Shown in pieces: positions 1-12,637 of a DNA stretch of 64,000 nt (within the stretch, counting starts at the first letter, position 1; each line of letters opens with the position of its first letter). The notes below the pieces were generated by a model. It searched no databases, was not told where the DNA came from, and saw nothing but the letters and a program-made list of their open reading frames with translations. The position numbers were made by a program, and so were the translations under genes. Source of the stretch: Podarcis melisellensis (Eukaryota). The stretch lies in the NCBI GenBank assembly GCA_964234715.1, contig OZ174278.1. One strand, written 5' to 3'.

Positions 1-911
1 TTGCTCCTGTGGATGTTGTGATTGATTCTGAGAACCTGGCAGCAAAATGTAAGATTGCAGCCATGGGGGTACAAGGAGATTATTTTACCCTTTTGGCCTG
101 TGGCTTCCCTTCCCATGGGGGGGGCTGGAGGTTGGGGGGGAGCTTTGGATTGCATTGATTTGTCAAGTTCCTTTCCCCCCCCCCCCCCCGCCCTCCGTCA
201 CTGTACATGCAGCTCATCTCGTACGAGGATTTTGGATTGAAAAATTCTCAGCATGTAATGAAGATAAATCAAACTCCTTGTATTCACAATATGGATTTTT
301 TTTTAAGACCTGCTGCTTCCCACCCCCCACCCCCCCAATTTTTTTTTGTCACTCATTTGCAGAAGAAGCCTTTCTCCACTTTTACTATGTGCCGAAGCAC
401 AATGAGTCCCATCTGGAAACAGATGTATATGCAGTCTGTTTTATAGCTTTGTTCCTTTCCTTCATTTCCTCCTGCATTGCAGCAAAATTTGAGATAGTTA
501 TGGTATGAAGTAATTAAAACGAATAAATGAAAACATCATCTGATAACAAAGCAGCAATCTTCCATCATATTAAAGCAGTGATTAGAGGAAACTGTGGATT
601 GTGGTGATGTCTTACTTTTTAGGCTGCCTGTTATTAGCTGTGGAAGCTTTCTGGCTGGGATTTCCCGCTGGCTATTTGTTGGCAGCAAGACAAAGACAAC
701 TTGTACACTCTTAAAAAGATGTATGTCTTCTATAATCATTTAGCAGTGGCTGTCCCTAGATTTGGCTGCATTTTGAACATTAATTAATTAATTAATTAAT
801 ACAAACAAATCAATTTTGCTTTTGGAGTTAAGTAGTTGCATAATTGCATTATGCCATTAGAACTGTTCTTGTTTCCATTTCTGTTTGAGAAGTCAGATCC
901 TTTGCTGTCAC

Positions 912-1645
912 TTGAGGCTTCAGGTGGCCTCAGTTGTGCGGAGTGCCTTCCATCAACTTCCACCGGTAGCCCAGCTGCGCCCTGATCTGGACAGGGACAG
1001 CCTAACTACTGTTGTCTATGCCCTGGTAACCTCTAGGTTAGATTACTGCAATGCGTTATACATAGGGCTGCCTCTGAAGACAGTTCAGAAACTTCAGCTG
1101 GTGTAGAATTAGACGGCCAGGTTGCTCATTGGGGCAAGACGTTTTAAGCATATTACACCAATCCTGACCCAATTGCACTGGATGACAATTAGTATCCAAG
1201 CCCAATTCCAAGTGCTGGTTTTGATCTATAAAGCCTTAAATGGCACAGGACTGCAATACCTCAAGGAGTACCTCTCTCCATATGAACCTACCTGGACCCT
1301 GTGATCATCTTCCGAGGCTCTTCTTCACATGTCTCCTCCATGAGAGGTCCAGCGGGTGGCAACACAAGAATGAGCCTTCTCTGCAGTGGCTCCTCATTTG
1401 TGGAATGCTCTCACATGGGAAGGTTTTCCTGGCGCCTTCATCACACACCTTTAGGCACCAGGCGAAAACGTTCCTCTTCAACCAGGCCTTTGGTTGATTA
1501 AACAATCTATGGCCTTTTAACAGTATGGCAGGGTGGTTATTGTTTTGTTTTGTTTTGTTCTTGTTTTTATTGTATTTTTTTAATCTTGCATTTTTATGCT
1601 GTGAACCACCCCGAGATGTATGGATGAAGGGTAGTATACAAATTT
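912..1645 (+). mobile_element. L2-clade LINE, 5'-truncated and degenerate (ORF2 C-terminus plus 3'UTR)
   Basis: Translates to ...[31 protein letters not shown]..ARL...HITPILTQLHW...LIYKALNG, typical of L2 ORF2; contains stops. Confidence 0.85.
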
Positions 1646-2789
1646 TAATTTTAATAGTAATAATAGTTACAATAAACAGCAATACATATACAATTGAATA
1701 CATGCACATCACATCTATCCCCTTTTAGTGAGATACTTAACCACAACTACTTAAAAGAACCATATACTGAAAAGGAAATTATTACCACTCAATGCAAATT
1801 ATAAGGTATGCCATTTCAAAAGAAGACATCTAATGTGAGTATTCCGGGCTCATGCTGGTGAAGTCACCATCACTATTTATTGAACCATTTTGGAAGACCG
1901 GCATACAAATGGACTGAATAAAGTCACCTTATACTGGCAGAGCTGACCCTACCGTTAGGCAACGTGAAGCAACTGCCTCAGGCATCAGATGCTAAGGGTA
2001 GCAACCTCTGGACTTTTCTTCCTAATCCCCCAGGCTCTTCCTCTCTGTTGGAGGACAGAATTGTGCACATTATGCGGCCTGTCCTAACTTCCTAAACTAG
2101 TTTTCTGCCTCAGGTGCAATGGAGGTTGCTCTTCCACCACCACTGTTGATGTGAGATTCAACTTCCAGTGCAGTATGTGGAATGGGAAGTGGGCACCATC
2201 TTGTCCTTCACCTCAGGCAGTGCAACACCTTGGACCGATGGACCATTCCTGCATAGTGGGTTAAAAATGGCTACCTGAATCTACTTACTGAAGAATTAGA
2301 AAGCTGAAAGGGAAACTGGTTGCCAGCCGCAGGGCCCACCTGGCACCATCAAGGTTAAATCAGAATTGGAATTTATGGATGTAGAGAACTTTTTCTTCTT
2401 GAAGAGGCAGGCATGAAATGGCCAGCAAAATTTTAGGCGTCTTTGGCTCTGTAGGGTGTACGCTCCCCCAAGAGCTGTCATACTGTCCCCAAGCTCACCT
2501 GATATGAACTTTCTGGACACCTTCCCATCCTCACAAATTAACGGTTTCATTTTCCAGATTCACACTGTTACTTCTGCCAAAGTTGTGACAAAAGAAAAAT
2601 AAAGTAGGCAAAGGCAATTTGTATTATTTAATCCAATACCAATAAGCCACACTAATGAAAAGGAATCAAAAATGAAATGCTTAAGAACGAACAATGACTA
2701 AAGGACAAATAGAAAGGAAAAAGAAACAGAAGGAAAATAAGGAGTGTTATTCTGTAGCAAAACAGATATATCACTAGCTAGCTAGATAT

Positions 2790-2901
2790 ATCCAATGCTA
2801 GTTATGCTCAGAGTAGACCCACTGAAATAAAGGAACGTGACTCATTTAGGTGTATTAATGTCAGTGGATCTACTTTGGGTAGAATTTAATTGGATACAAC
2901 C
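2790..2901. mobile_element. Old palindromic MITE-like repeat; related copy near 21750-21865
   Basis: Imperfect inverted arms cagagtagacccactga / tcagtggatctactttg; similar sequence recurs at about 21773-21845. Confidence 0.45.
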
Positions 2902-4511
2902 CATAATTTCCTTTGTTATTTGGAGGAAGAGGGGAAATTAAGCTTGGTAGAATTTTGGGACATTGTCTTATTTATTATTCTGCAACTGTTCAAAAGCATA
3001 TAATATCCATCAAACAATATGAGTAACTAAATATGCTAGGTGGGCATGGGGGCATTAAGCTTGAAATGAATTCCCCCAAATTAGTTTCAGCTCTAGAATA
3101 ATGCTTGTGGCAAGGGCATTGGAATAGCAAAAAGGATGGGGAATATCACAATTTTCATTAGTTCACCTAACATAAATCCATACTCATATTTCCAAAGTAC
3201 GGTCTTGCTCTCTTTTAATATAACGTATAGAAACCTAAGTATAATTCCTATGATTTTTTTTAAGCTTTAAAGTGCAATAAAAGGGTTGAGCCAAGAGTTT
3301 TCTTGGTCAAGCATCACTTCTTGCTGCAAAAGTATCCATTTAATTCACAAAAAGACATCTTGCGTAGCTAGTAAATTTGTGAACTACTCTGCCAGGCATA
3401 ACATGCTTTGCTGATGGCAATGACTCATTTTGTGGAAGGTCGCCAGCTTCAAAGGGAACACTGACTTTTGCCAACTTTCCCCCCTGAAGCTTAGCTCCAG
3501 TTTTTCTTACAGAAAGACATTATCCGTTTTAAAGCGAATCTTCTCATTCAGTATCATGGCTGATATTGTAACTTATGACTCTTCCTGCATTAGAAGGTGT
3601 TCTGCATTGTGAACACAACTATGCAGACCCTACTGTTGCTTAAAGTAACAATAGTTCACTGACTGTTTGCAATACAAACAGTTTTACAAAGAAACTTTAT
3701 TCGTTAAACTGGTGGCCTGAAATACGAAGCCCATGCAAGCAAAGAAGAGAAGTATCCTTCCTCTCTGTTTCATTTTCTCAGTCCCTCTTTGTTAAAAAAT
3801 AAAATAAAAAAATCTTTATTTGAAATTAGTTCCTTGTGATAGCAAAAACACTTTCTATTCTAACATTTATCAGTTCCTTCAAGGGTTGCAGATCAAATGA
3901 GAGACTCAATCTCCACCATTCATTCCCTCAGCCTTGTTTTAACATGGACTTTTCTGCTTGCTCTAGCTGATTAGCACAGATGGGATATACGAACAAGCTT
4001 TCACCTAATGCTTCTTCTGTCTGGCACTGAAGAGTGGTTTGTTGAAATCTGCTTTAGTAGCTTCTCCTGAAAACTCCCATGGAAATAAATAGCTTCTCCT
4101 GAAATAAATTAGTAGCTTCTCCTGAAAACTCCCCTGGAAATAAATGGGCTACACACATCAGGCACAACTATTTGAAATAATCCAATAGAAAGCACTCTTT
4201 ACCCTCATTACTTACCCTAACGAGTATGTTTAGGATTTTGACATGCCATTTCCCCTCTCATCATCCTTAAAGTATGAAGCATGCAGCTATTAAGCAGACA
4301 CTGGGACGTAAGGTTCTTTCTGACTAAAAATGTTTTAGTGCGATGACTAATTGTTGCACTTCGTATATATAGCATAATAATATACGATTGCTCATGATTC
4401 CCTGCTGCTATGCCGTAGCTTCAGGAAAGAAATGCCTGTTACTGCAGGAGCCCTGTGGGGCAGGGAGCACCTGTTGTCAAGTACTGTGCACTGCTATCCA
4501 CAAGATCCTAG

Positions 4512-4635
4512 CATCATAGAGTTGGAAGGGAATCCTGAGGATCATCTAGTCCAACCCCCTGAAATGCAGGAATCATTTGGCTTGGACCCATGACCCTGAG
4601 ATTGAGAGTCTCATGCTCGACTGACTGAGCTATTC
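4512..4635 (-). mobile_element. tRNA-Lys-derived SINE with CR1-type 3' tail
   Basis: Reverse strand reads tagctcagtcagtcgagcatgagactctcaatctcagggtcatgggtcc (tRNA-Lys-like head), then gggggttggactagatgatcc...ttccaactctatgat (CR1 3' end). Confidence 0.75.
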
Positions 4636-4973
4636 ACAGAATGTTATTTGCTGAGTGCTATGATGTTCACCTTCCCAGAGGCTCTGTGGGCTTGTGTGTG
4701 TAGCATGGCTCCCTGCCATAGCACAAATCCACATTGTTACGCATACTAACATGCAATAGAGCTGTGCAGTCATGATCCTTCACGAACACAGTATATAAAA
4801 TAGTTGTAGTTCTCATGTTATCAGGAATCATGTCCAGCCTTTGTTCCTGAATTTGATAACTGTTTGTGTGTGTTTGCTTACCCATAATACGTAAATAGCC
4901 ACTGCTGCTGTGCAGTGTGACCTGGCACTTATTAAGGAAGAATACATATAGCATTTGTGCAGGTGCCCTGTGT

Positions 4974-5326
4974 GGGACGCGGGTGGCACTGTGGGTTAAA
5001 CCACTGAGCCTCTTGGGCTTGCTGATCAGAAGGTTGGCAGTTCGAATCCCCATGACGGGGTGAGCTCCCGTTGCTCAGTCCCTGCTTCTGCCAACCTAGC
5101 AGTTCAAAAGCACCTCAAAGTGCAAGAGATAAATAGGTACCGCTGCAGCGGGAAGGTAAATGGCATTTCCATGCGCTGCTCTGGTTCACCAGAAGTGGCT
5201 TAGTCATGGTGGCCACATGACCCGGAAGCTGTACACCGGCTCCCTCGGCCAATAAAGTGAGATGAGCACCGCAACCCCAGAGTCGGTCATGACTGGACCT
5301 AACAGTCAAGGGTACCTTTACCTTTT
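4974..5326 (+). mobile_element. Sauria SINE, full length
   Basis: GGGACGCGGGTGGC head, B-box-like GTTCGAATCC, (ACCTTT)n tail; TSD aggtgccctgt at 4961-4971 and 5327-5337. Confidence 0.9.
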
Positions 5327-5717
5327 AGGTGCCCTGTTGGGGAGTGAGTAGCAGTGCAACTTGCAGATGTGGGCCAATGACATCACTAACCTAAACTGGG
5401 CGCTGCTTGTGATTACTTCAGTAGCTGTCATGCCTCCCCATCTTTTTTGGGGGGGGGGTGAGACCAGGGATTCATAAGAGGGACTGCACTGGGATAGAGG
5501 TCTGCAGAGCCAGCTCCAGAAATGCATGTGTGCAAGGAACCCGTTCTGCCAGTACCTTTTCAGCCCAAGAAGGTCACATTGCCCTCCTCCGACATGGAGA
5601 TCTCCATCCCTAGCAGAATTACAGTCTCCCCATATCCTCCAGAGTCAGTAATGTCAAAACTAGGCCTCTTTAACTACAGACACAAAACTAGCCCCCTAAA
5701 ATGGTACTGCGCTTGTA

Positions 5718-5952
5718 CAGTCATACCTCATGTCACGTTTGCTTCAGGTTGAGTATTTTCAGGTTGCGTCCCCTGGCAACCCGGAAGTACCGGAAGTACT
5801 GCTCATGCATGTGGAGACATGCAAAATGATGTCATGCGCATGCGCAAAAGTGGCAAATCACGGCCCGCAGACGTGCAGGCACTGGCTGCATTCCTTTCAG
5901 GTTGTGAACGGGCCTCCAGAATGGATCCCGTTCACAACCAGAGGTACCACTG
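5718..5952. mobile_element. Tc1/mariner (pogo/Tigger-like) MITE
   Basis: TA|cagtcatacctc ... gaggtaccactg|TA; imperfect TIR of the same type as the 51349 element, TA duplication. Confidence 0.7.
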
Positions 5953-6035
5953 TATTTAAGACTCAGTCTGCCTGGTGCTGAAAGAACACTCAAGTTCTAC
6001 GCAGCTCTCCAGGGTGCTGTTTGAAACTCAAATCC

Positions 6036-6215
6036 TTAAGAACAACATAGGACAAGCCTGGTGTAACTGGCATAGCTAGGTTCAGTGTTCTGTTCTCATA
6101 GTGGCCGACCAGCTGCATGTGGGAAGTCTGCACGCTGGACATGAGTGCAACAGCACTCTCCCCATCTGCAATTCCCAGCAACTGATATTCAGGGAAATGA
6201 TGTCTCTAACAATGA
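6036..6215 (-). mobile_element. Degenerate CR1 LINE 3'UTR fragment
   Basis: taagaac tail remnant; similar to the fragments at about 24170-24313 and 53650-53830. Confidence 0.5.
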
Positions 6216-6242
6216 AGGTAGACTAAAGGCTTTTGGGTTTTT

Positions 6243-6433
6243 TAAAAGTAAAAGACCCCTGGATGGTTAAGTCCAGTGAAAGGTGACTGTGGGGTGCGGT
6301 GCTCATCTCGCTTTCAGGCCAAGGGAGCTGGCATTTGTCCGCATGCAGCTTTCCAGGTTATGTGGCCAGCATAACTAAACTGCTTCTAGCACAACAGGAC
6401 ACTGTGATGGAAGCCAGAGCACCCAGAAACACC
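6243..6433 (-). mobile_element. Older Sauria SINE subfamily, 3' fragment
   Basis: taaaagtaaaagacccctg...gctcatctcgcttt...ggccaagggagctggc...tgtggccagcataactaa aligns by eye with the other minus-strand copies. Confidence 0.7.
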
Positions 6434-9400
6434 AGGTAGACTATAGCTATTTTGGCTAGCAGCCATGGATAGCCTTGTCGTCCTTGAATCCCTGCCTTGC
6501 CTAGGTTTTTTCTTGCTCTGTTTGCCTGAACTTCTGGCTCCCTGTCCAGCCAAGGTAAAGTAGCAATTGCTGCTTTCTCCCTCACCTTACTGGCTTACAT
6601 TATTGGGGGGGGGGGGAGAGAAAATGAACCCACAAAATGAAGCAAGTATGAGCAGAGCAGATGTGTGCATGAGTTGACCACTTCCACTAGCACTGATAGA
6701 TAATTTGAAGCCCATAGTAATAAACAAACACTGCTGAATTCAGGCTCATAATGTTGTTATGTTTGGCTAAATGGGGGTAAGCCAGCATCCTTTGAGAGAC
6801 AAGTGAAGCAGAGTCGGCCTGATTTGAGTGATAACCCCCATGGAAATGGCACACAGGGTTCATGTACGTGAAGTGGCAGTGACCCTGCTTCCTCTCTACT
6901 CTCAGCAGTCCAACTTCAATGCAATGTTTGCAGAAATAAAGGAACAGAATTGGGCTGTGAGTCATTTATGGCTTCCGTTCCTCTTGCAGGTCAATAAAAT
7001 GTGTTCTTTCAAGTCTTATGTTGCTTTTGGAAGGTTGGTAGTAAGGACAGCAATAGTATGGCGTCAGCAGTTGAGGCGGGGGGAGGGGGGAGTGCAAACC
7101 AGTCTGATTTTTTTTCTTGCTTGTGGATCAATGCCCAGAAAAGCAAGGAACAAGGCCAGCGCCCCCACCCTTTAGGTGGTGGTGGTTGTTGTTGTTGTTG
7201 TTGTTTTAAAGCAGGACAATATGGGTGGGTAAAGAACTTTAACGTTGGATTCTAGCCTGGAAGTGTTCTGAACTCCAAATTTTGACCCGGCATCCTTGAC
7301 TTCCAGGTTCCTTCTCATGTCCAAGAATATTTTATGTCAAAAGCTGACAGCCTTATTACAAAGAATTAAACAACAGTTTGCTAAGAAACCATATTTTAAT
7401 TAAAAGCATGCTTAAAAAACAAACAAAAAACCTAGAATGGTGGGGATCTCTTTTGTTCCCAACCAATTACTCTTCACAATTAAAAAGTAAAAAGTTGTTG
7501 CCATAATAGTTTATTTTTATTGCCCTTCAGGGTCTGCAAATGCTGCAAAATTGATATTGATGCCATCTCAACAATATCAGAGATGGCATCCCAATACTTT
7601 GAATAAAATGACTTTCCAGCAACCAGAGACATTTTTGATCCTCTGTATGGCTTATCTTTGTACTACAGACATTTTCAGAACCAAGAGAAAGTCTCCATCT
7701 TTCAGAAATAGGTTTTTAATAACCTTGGGGAGATTCCAAAAATTAATCCCTGCCACACAAACAACTTCACAAAACAGAAAAAGGAAAGAAAAAAGATGGT
7801 TGAGGATTAGGCTTTAGCAGAGCAAATGTTCTGTGACAAGGTATGATCTGGTTTACAAATAAGCATTTGGTTCCACTGGTAACTCAGATAACACTTCTAG
7901 AAAGGCGGGGGATCTAAATCTGCTAGGGCTGTTCACTTCTAACTTCCTCCACCATAGTTTGATTCTGCTTACTTTACATTATATAGTCTGTTAGAGAGAT
8001 ACTACAGGGCTGAAAGATTTCAGATGAGGGCAATGCAGAGAGCAAGGTTAGTTGGATTTTAAGCATTTTAGAAATTACTCTACATTTTAAAGGTTTTTCA
8101 AAAACCTTGCAGTGTTGAAGTGCATTCTTCTTTTTCTTCTGTTTTCATTATTTTTTGCTAGCACTGGCACCATATTGGCATATTTTCTGTCTGCTGCCTT
8201 TGCTATGTATTTTTTATCACCTTTATTTTATAGGGAAAAGCCTTCAGTGATCTAACACGTTTGAACTTGGGTCCTTTACAAGGTCAGCATTATGAGATAA
8301 TGCAGGAAACTACTGTTTTGCAGCCTGATTCATTTGTTTTTTATTTCATGCGGTTGGATCAATAGACTGATTATTATTTAGCATCTGTATTACTTCAAGT
8401 TTTTCTGTAAGTCCTTTGTATTTTAAATTTCGCTAGCATGTAATTAAATCTTGCTCTTCAAGTACTATGAACCTTCCTGTCCCCTTCAGTCTAAACTTTG
8501 CTCAACTATTGTTGCTCCAATCCGGAGCAGAAGGGTGTTCTACTCATTCCCCTATTCCTGACCACTGTGCACCTTATCAGAGTGTGAGGGTGGAGACTTC
8601 CTTCTCTCTTCAATTTGTCCATATGCATCGTTGTCAGCAATGCTGCTGGGGCAGGTGGGCAGTAGACTGGAAACTGTGATTTATTGAAAAAAGATGGTTC
8701 AGGAGAAGAGGAGGGGACCCTGCATCCTTTTAACGTATTTTATGTGTGAGGGCCAACTGATTGGTTGGTGACTGCAGGAAGTTAAGGTTAGAGTTTCTTT
8801 TCCTCTGGTACAACTGCTATCTGAAGTATTGCTTGAGGTTCAGATTCCCAAACAGACCACCTGACAACACTGCTTATAATTCCCCACAATAATAACTGTA
8901 CTTGCTATGCAGTCTCAAGAAATTGGATCTAAGCATATATCTTATTTAATGTTTATCCAGTCTTGACCTTGATTGTCTGCTACCATTTTCATGCCCAACA
9001 TTGCTTGGGAGCTCAAGGAAATCAGTGCAGCTTTGAAAGGGTCAGTCCACCACCTTCATCAAAAAAATTGCCACTGTATCTAAATAAACGTAGATGAAAA
9101 CCTGTTCCTTGATTTCAGGAGCCATCATGCAAAAATTGGTCATGATATCCAAATGCACATGGTGTTCAGATGCATAGTGAACAGACAAACAACTATCAAA
9201 AATATATAGTAAATAATGTTAAGAATTCTACTCAATATTGATCCAGAGCAAAACTCCTTCCAGCAGAGTTTACTACTGTTACTGAAGGTAAATGAGCATA
9301 ATGGTCACAAATTGGCACTGCCCATAAGAAATCCAGTTGTAGCTGACTTAACCTAAACTTACAATAACTTATAATAAGACTAAAACCTGAACACTAAGTA

Positions 9401-11035
9401 TACTTTGTACAGAACACCACACCAGAAGGAAAGAAAGATAGAAAGTGAAACTCAGGCTCCTTCTGGCCTGTTATTATAGTCAGCATGAGCTTAAGGGGAA
9501 AAGATAACAGAACCAGTCCAAACCAGCTGTTCAGCTTCTCTGAAGGAATAACCCAAACATCAGGAACCTCCTGCCTGTTTTCTAGGCAGAATAGAAACTT
9601 AATTTGTGGGCTGGAAACTTCCAGCTTGCACTAGCTTACATCACACAAAGAAGCTTCCAGAACCCTCTTGAATAAATTAGAATAGGAAAGATCTCTACAC
9701 ATCAGAGCAATACTTTCTTCACCAAAAAATGCAAACTGACAGATAACTGGTCAGAAAGTTAAAAAAGGGAAGTCAGCTTTCCAAACACTTTTTGGAGCTG
9801 TTCAGCTATAGTTTGCTTGATTTCTGTGACTCATAGTGTTTATTTGTCCAATATGCAATTGTGCGTTTTTCTAGTTTTTGGCCACAGATAGCTTTGCTAC
9901 TAATATAACATGCTAATTGAAATATATTCACAACTGCAGAAACCTACTTCTTTCCATCCACCTTATTAACAGTATCTCAAACAGAGGAATGTTAGGACCC
10001 TTCTACAAGCAAAGTTATACCTTTCGAACAGAACTACTTATCCTTTTTGCAGATGCATCAAGTATGCACTGGAGTGATGCACCATCTGCTCATAATTTTA
10101 TAGGTAATTTTGTTTAACAAGCCACTTAGCAAAACAAAGGCATTCTGGAGCCTTTGAGATCTAGCTACCACATGCGTGGTGTCAAAGTACACCCCACAGG
10201 AGCAGAGAAGAGTTCGCCTCTGGTAGGTGAGACAGGAAGCCACACAATTATTTTAGGTCAGCATCTGTTTATTATCTAGATTCTAGAACACAGGCCTGGG
10301 TGTCCTAATCAGTAGGGAATTTAGTGCTTTTGATACATAAAAGGAACTCCATTTCTCCATGAGCTGAGGTGCAACTTAAATACAGTTTTGCACAATCAAG
10401 TCATAATACAGTTGCCTTCAATTGCGGACAGGAATAAAGCTCTATCTTGGTCTGATCATGATCGTTGTGTGCTGATTTATCTAGGTGAAGCGTATATGAG
10501 TATCACAAATGGACAAAGCAGACTGGAAAATAAAGGAGCTCTTTAGCTGCTTTAATTACTTATAGGCAGTCTTCTGGTCTCCTCATGAGTAATATAGCAT
10601 AGGTACTGCAGGGGGGGTTATGATTGTTGATGGATGATGGACCCTGAGGTGAAGGAATCCGTGGTGTGATGGAGACAGGGCTTCATACCACAGCCCATAT
10701 TTAAGGGGTTCCTACCCATGTTGGACTGAGCAATGGCTGGCACTCTTTCAGTCAGTCAGAGCACAGGTCACAGATAAAGCGGTCCTTGATTCAGCACCAG
10801 GAGTGGATAGCTTTGATGGTTTTCTCACCCAGGAGGTGTCCTGATCAAAGCAGAGAATGCTGGTCAGTTGGAGATGATAAGTCATAGCAGCAACCTTCAG
10901 AGGTTAAGCTGGAGATGCCCTCCAAGATGGAGTTGAGCTTTCAAAAATTGAACTCGTGAAACTTCAACCAGAGTGCCTAGTAAGCCCAGACCGGTAGATC
11001 CTCCACTGAAGGCTAGCATACATATATATTTCCAT

Positions 11036-11068
<33 letters not shown>
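11036..11068. repeat. (CAT)n microsatellite
   Basis: About 11 units seen directly. Confidence 0.95.
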
Positions 11069-11069
<1 letters not shown>

Positions 11070-12520
11070 GTATATTAAAACCCACCCTTCAAACCTAAGG
11101 TTCCCTTGGCAGTACACAACGTTTAATTTAAATACCATCTTGCCAAATACCCACATTTCTTTTTCTTCTTGCTGTTTTACCTGATTTGTCTGCTGATTTA
11201 TTTTTAATTTTCACCATGACTGCAATATGTTGGCCTTAATGGACACTTCATTTCTCAAATTCTCAGTCCAAGAGCCATTTTCAGGCATAACACAGAGCTG
11301 TGTATGCATACGTAAATTCTAACCTGAACATCTTAGTCTCGCATGGGATGGCAGTTTCATAGACACATTGATTTTCCTGATTTCTCTTAGGTAGAACTAG
11401 AGTGTTTCCTTCTGCCCGTGATAAATTCTGTGTGCTTTGCTGTAAGCTGCAGTTCACCAGAGAATTATGTAAGGGCAGCAAACCTGTTTCACTTTTCTTC
11501 AAGCCACTCATGACTGATTTGCAGATAGGAACCTGCATCATCTTATGTGGCCTAAACACTTTCTCAAAAATCAGAACTGACTGCTGGGAATTGTAGCTCT
11601 CTGAGTGGAAGAGGGGTCTCCTAACAAGTCTCAGCACCTTTAACAAACCACAGTTCCATGAATTCTTTGGGGGAATCCATGACTGTTAAAAGTGGCATCA
11701 TAGGGAAATGATTTTCTTCATGAGCATAAGTCACTCCATGGATGAGCAAAGCCAACAGGTGTAGTGTCAGCCGATCGAGTTGTTATGGTAATGGCCCAGT
11801 GCCGACTATATAAGTGATGAAGGCATGTCAGCTCATCTGTCTGGGGTCTTGTGCTGTGTGTGTCGGGGTCAGTCTTGTGAAGTGAGTCAGTCTGTCTGTG
11901 TTCTATCTTGAATTGCCAGAACAACAGAGATACTTTGTACTTGCATGTTTATATCTGCAAAAGTCTACAAGTTGGATGTAACAATATCAGGAATTGTTTT
12001 ATTGAGCCTTATCTTCTGCAGCAGAAGATAAGGCCCTTTTGGACCTTAAGCTGCCTCTGTGTAGTGACTGGAACTGGGGACAACTTCCACTGCATGAGTA
12101 TCTCACCTCAGATTCCCAACATTATCTAGGTATGACAGACATTTAGTATCATCCACTGACACAAGATTACAATGCAGAGAGTTGGCAATGGGGGAGTATA
12201 TTTTAAAAGCAAGCTGCACCATGATATGATGTACAAGGAGTCATTGTTTAACATGGGTAGCCATCGTGTTGCCCTCCAGTAGTTGCTGGACTACAACTCC
12301 TATCAGACCCAGCCAATATAGCCAGTGTTCAGGAATGAAGGGAGTTGGAGTTCATGAACATGTGGAGGTCATCCTGTTGTCTATTCTTGATTTAACAGTT
12401 AATTATTCACTGGAGACTAGGATACTTGTGTATATTTCTTTATGAAGGAATTTAAAGGCAAATAATCATGCACGTTCTGCCCACAATTTGCTAATTGAAT
12501 GGTGTTTCTTTGTCTTTCAG

Positions 12521-12637
12521 AATGTCGGGTAGTGAAATCCACTTCCTATACCAAAATAGCTTCAACACCACGTAGGAGCACTACCAAGAGTCCTGGTCCG
12601 TCTAGACGCAGCAAATCTCCAGCATCCACCAGCTCAG
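12521..12637 (+). CDS. DCLK1: DCLK1 coding exon (end of DCX2 domain, start of Ser/Pro-rich linker), 117 bp, phase 1-1
   Basis: Acceptor tgtctttcag|AATGTCGG, donor AGCTCAG|gtaaag; encodes (E)[38 protein letters not shown]. Confidence 0.97.

Noticed and set aside
4570-4635. Possible tRNA-Lys gene on the minus strand
   Set aside because: Acceptor stem and T-arm are degraded and the sequence is fused to a CR1 tail, so it is a SINE head.
10790-10811. Non-canonical RE1 (TTCAGCACC, 6-nt spacer, GGATAGC)
   Set aside because: The right half is weak, the site is far from a promoter and may lie in a repeat; could be chance.
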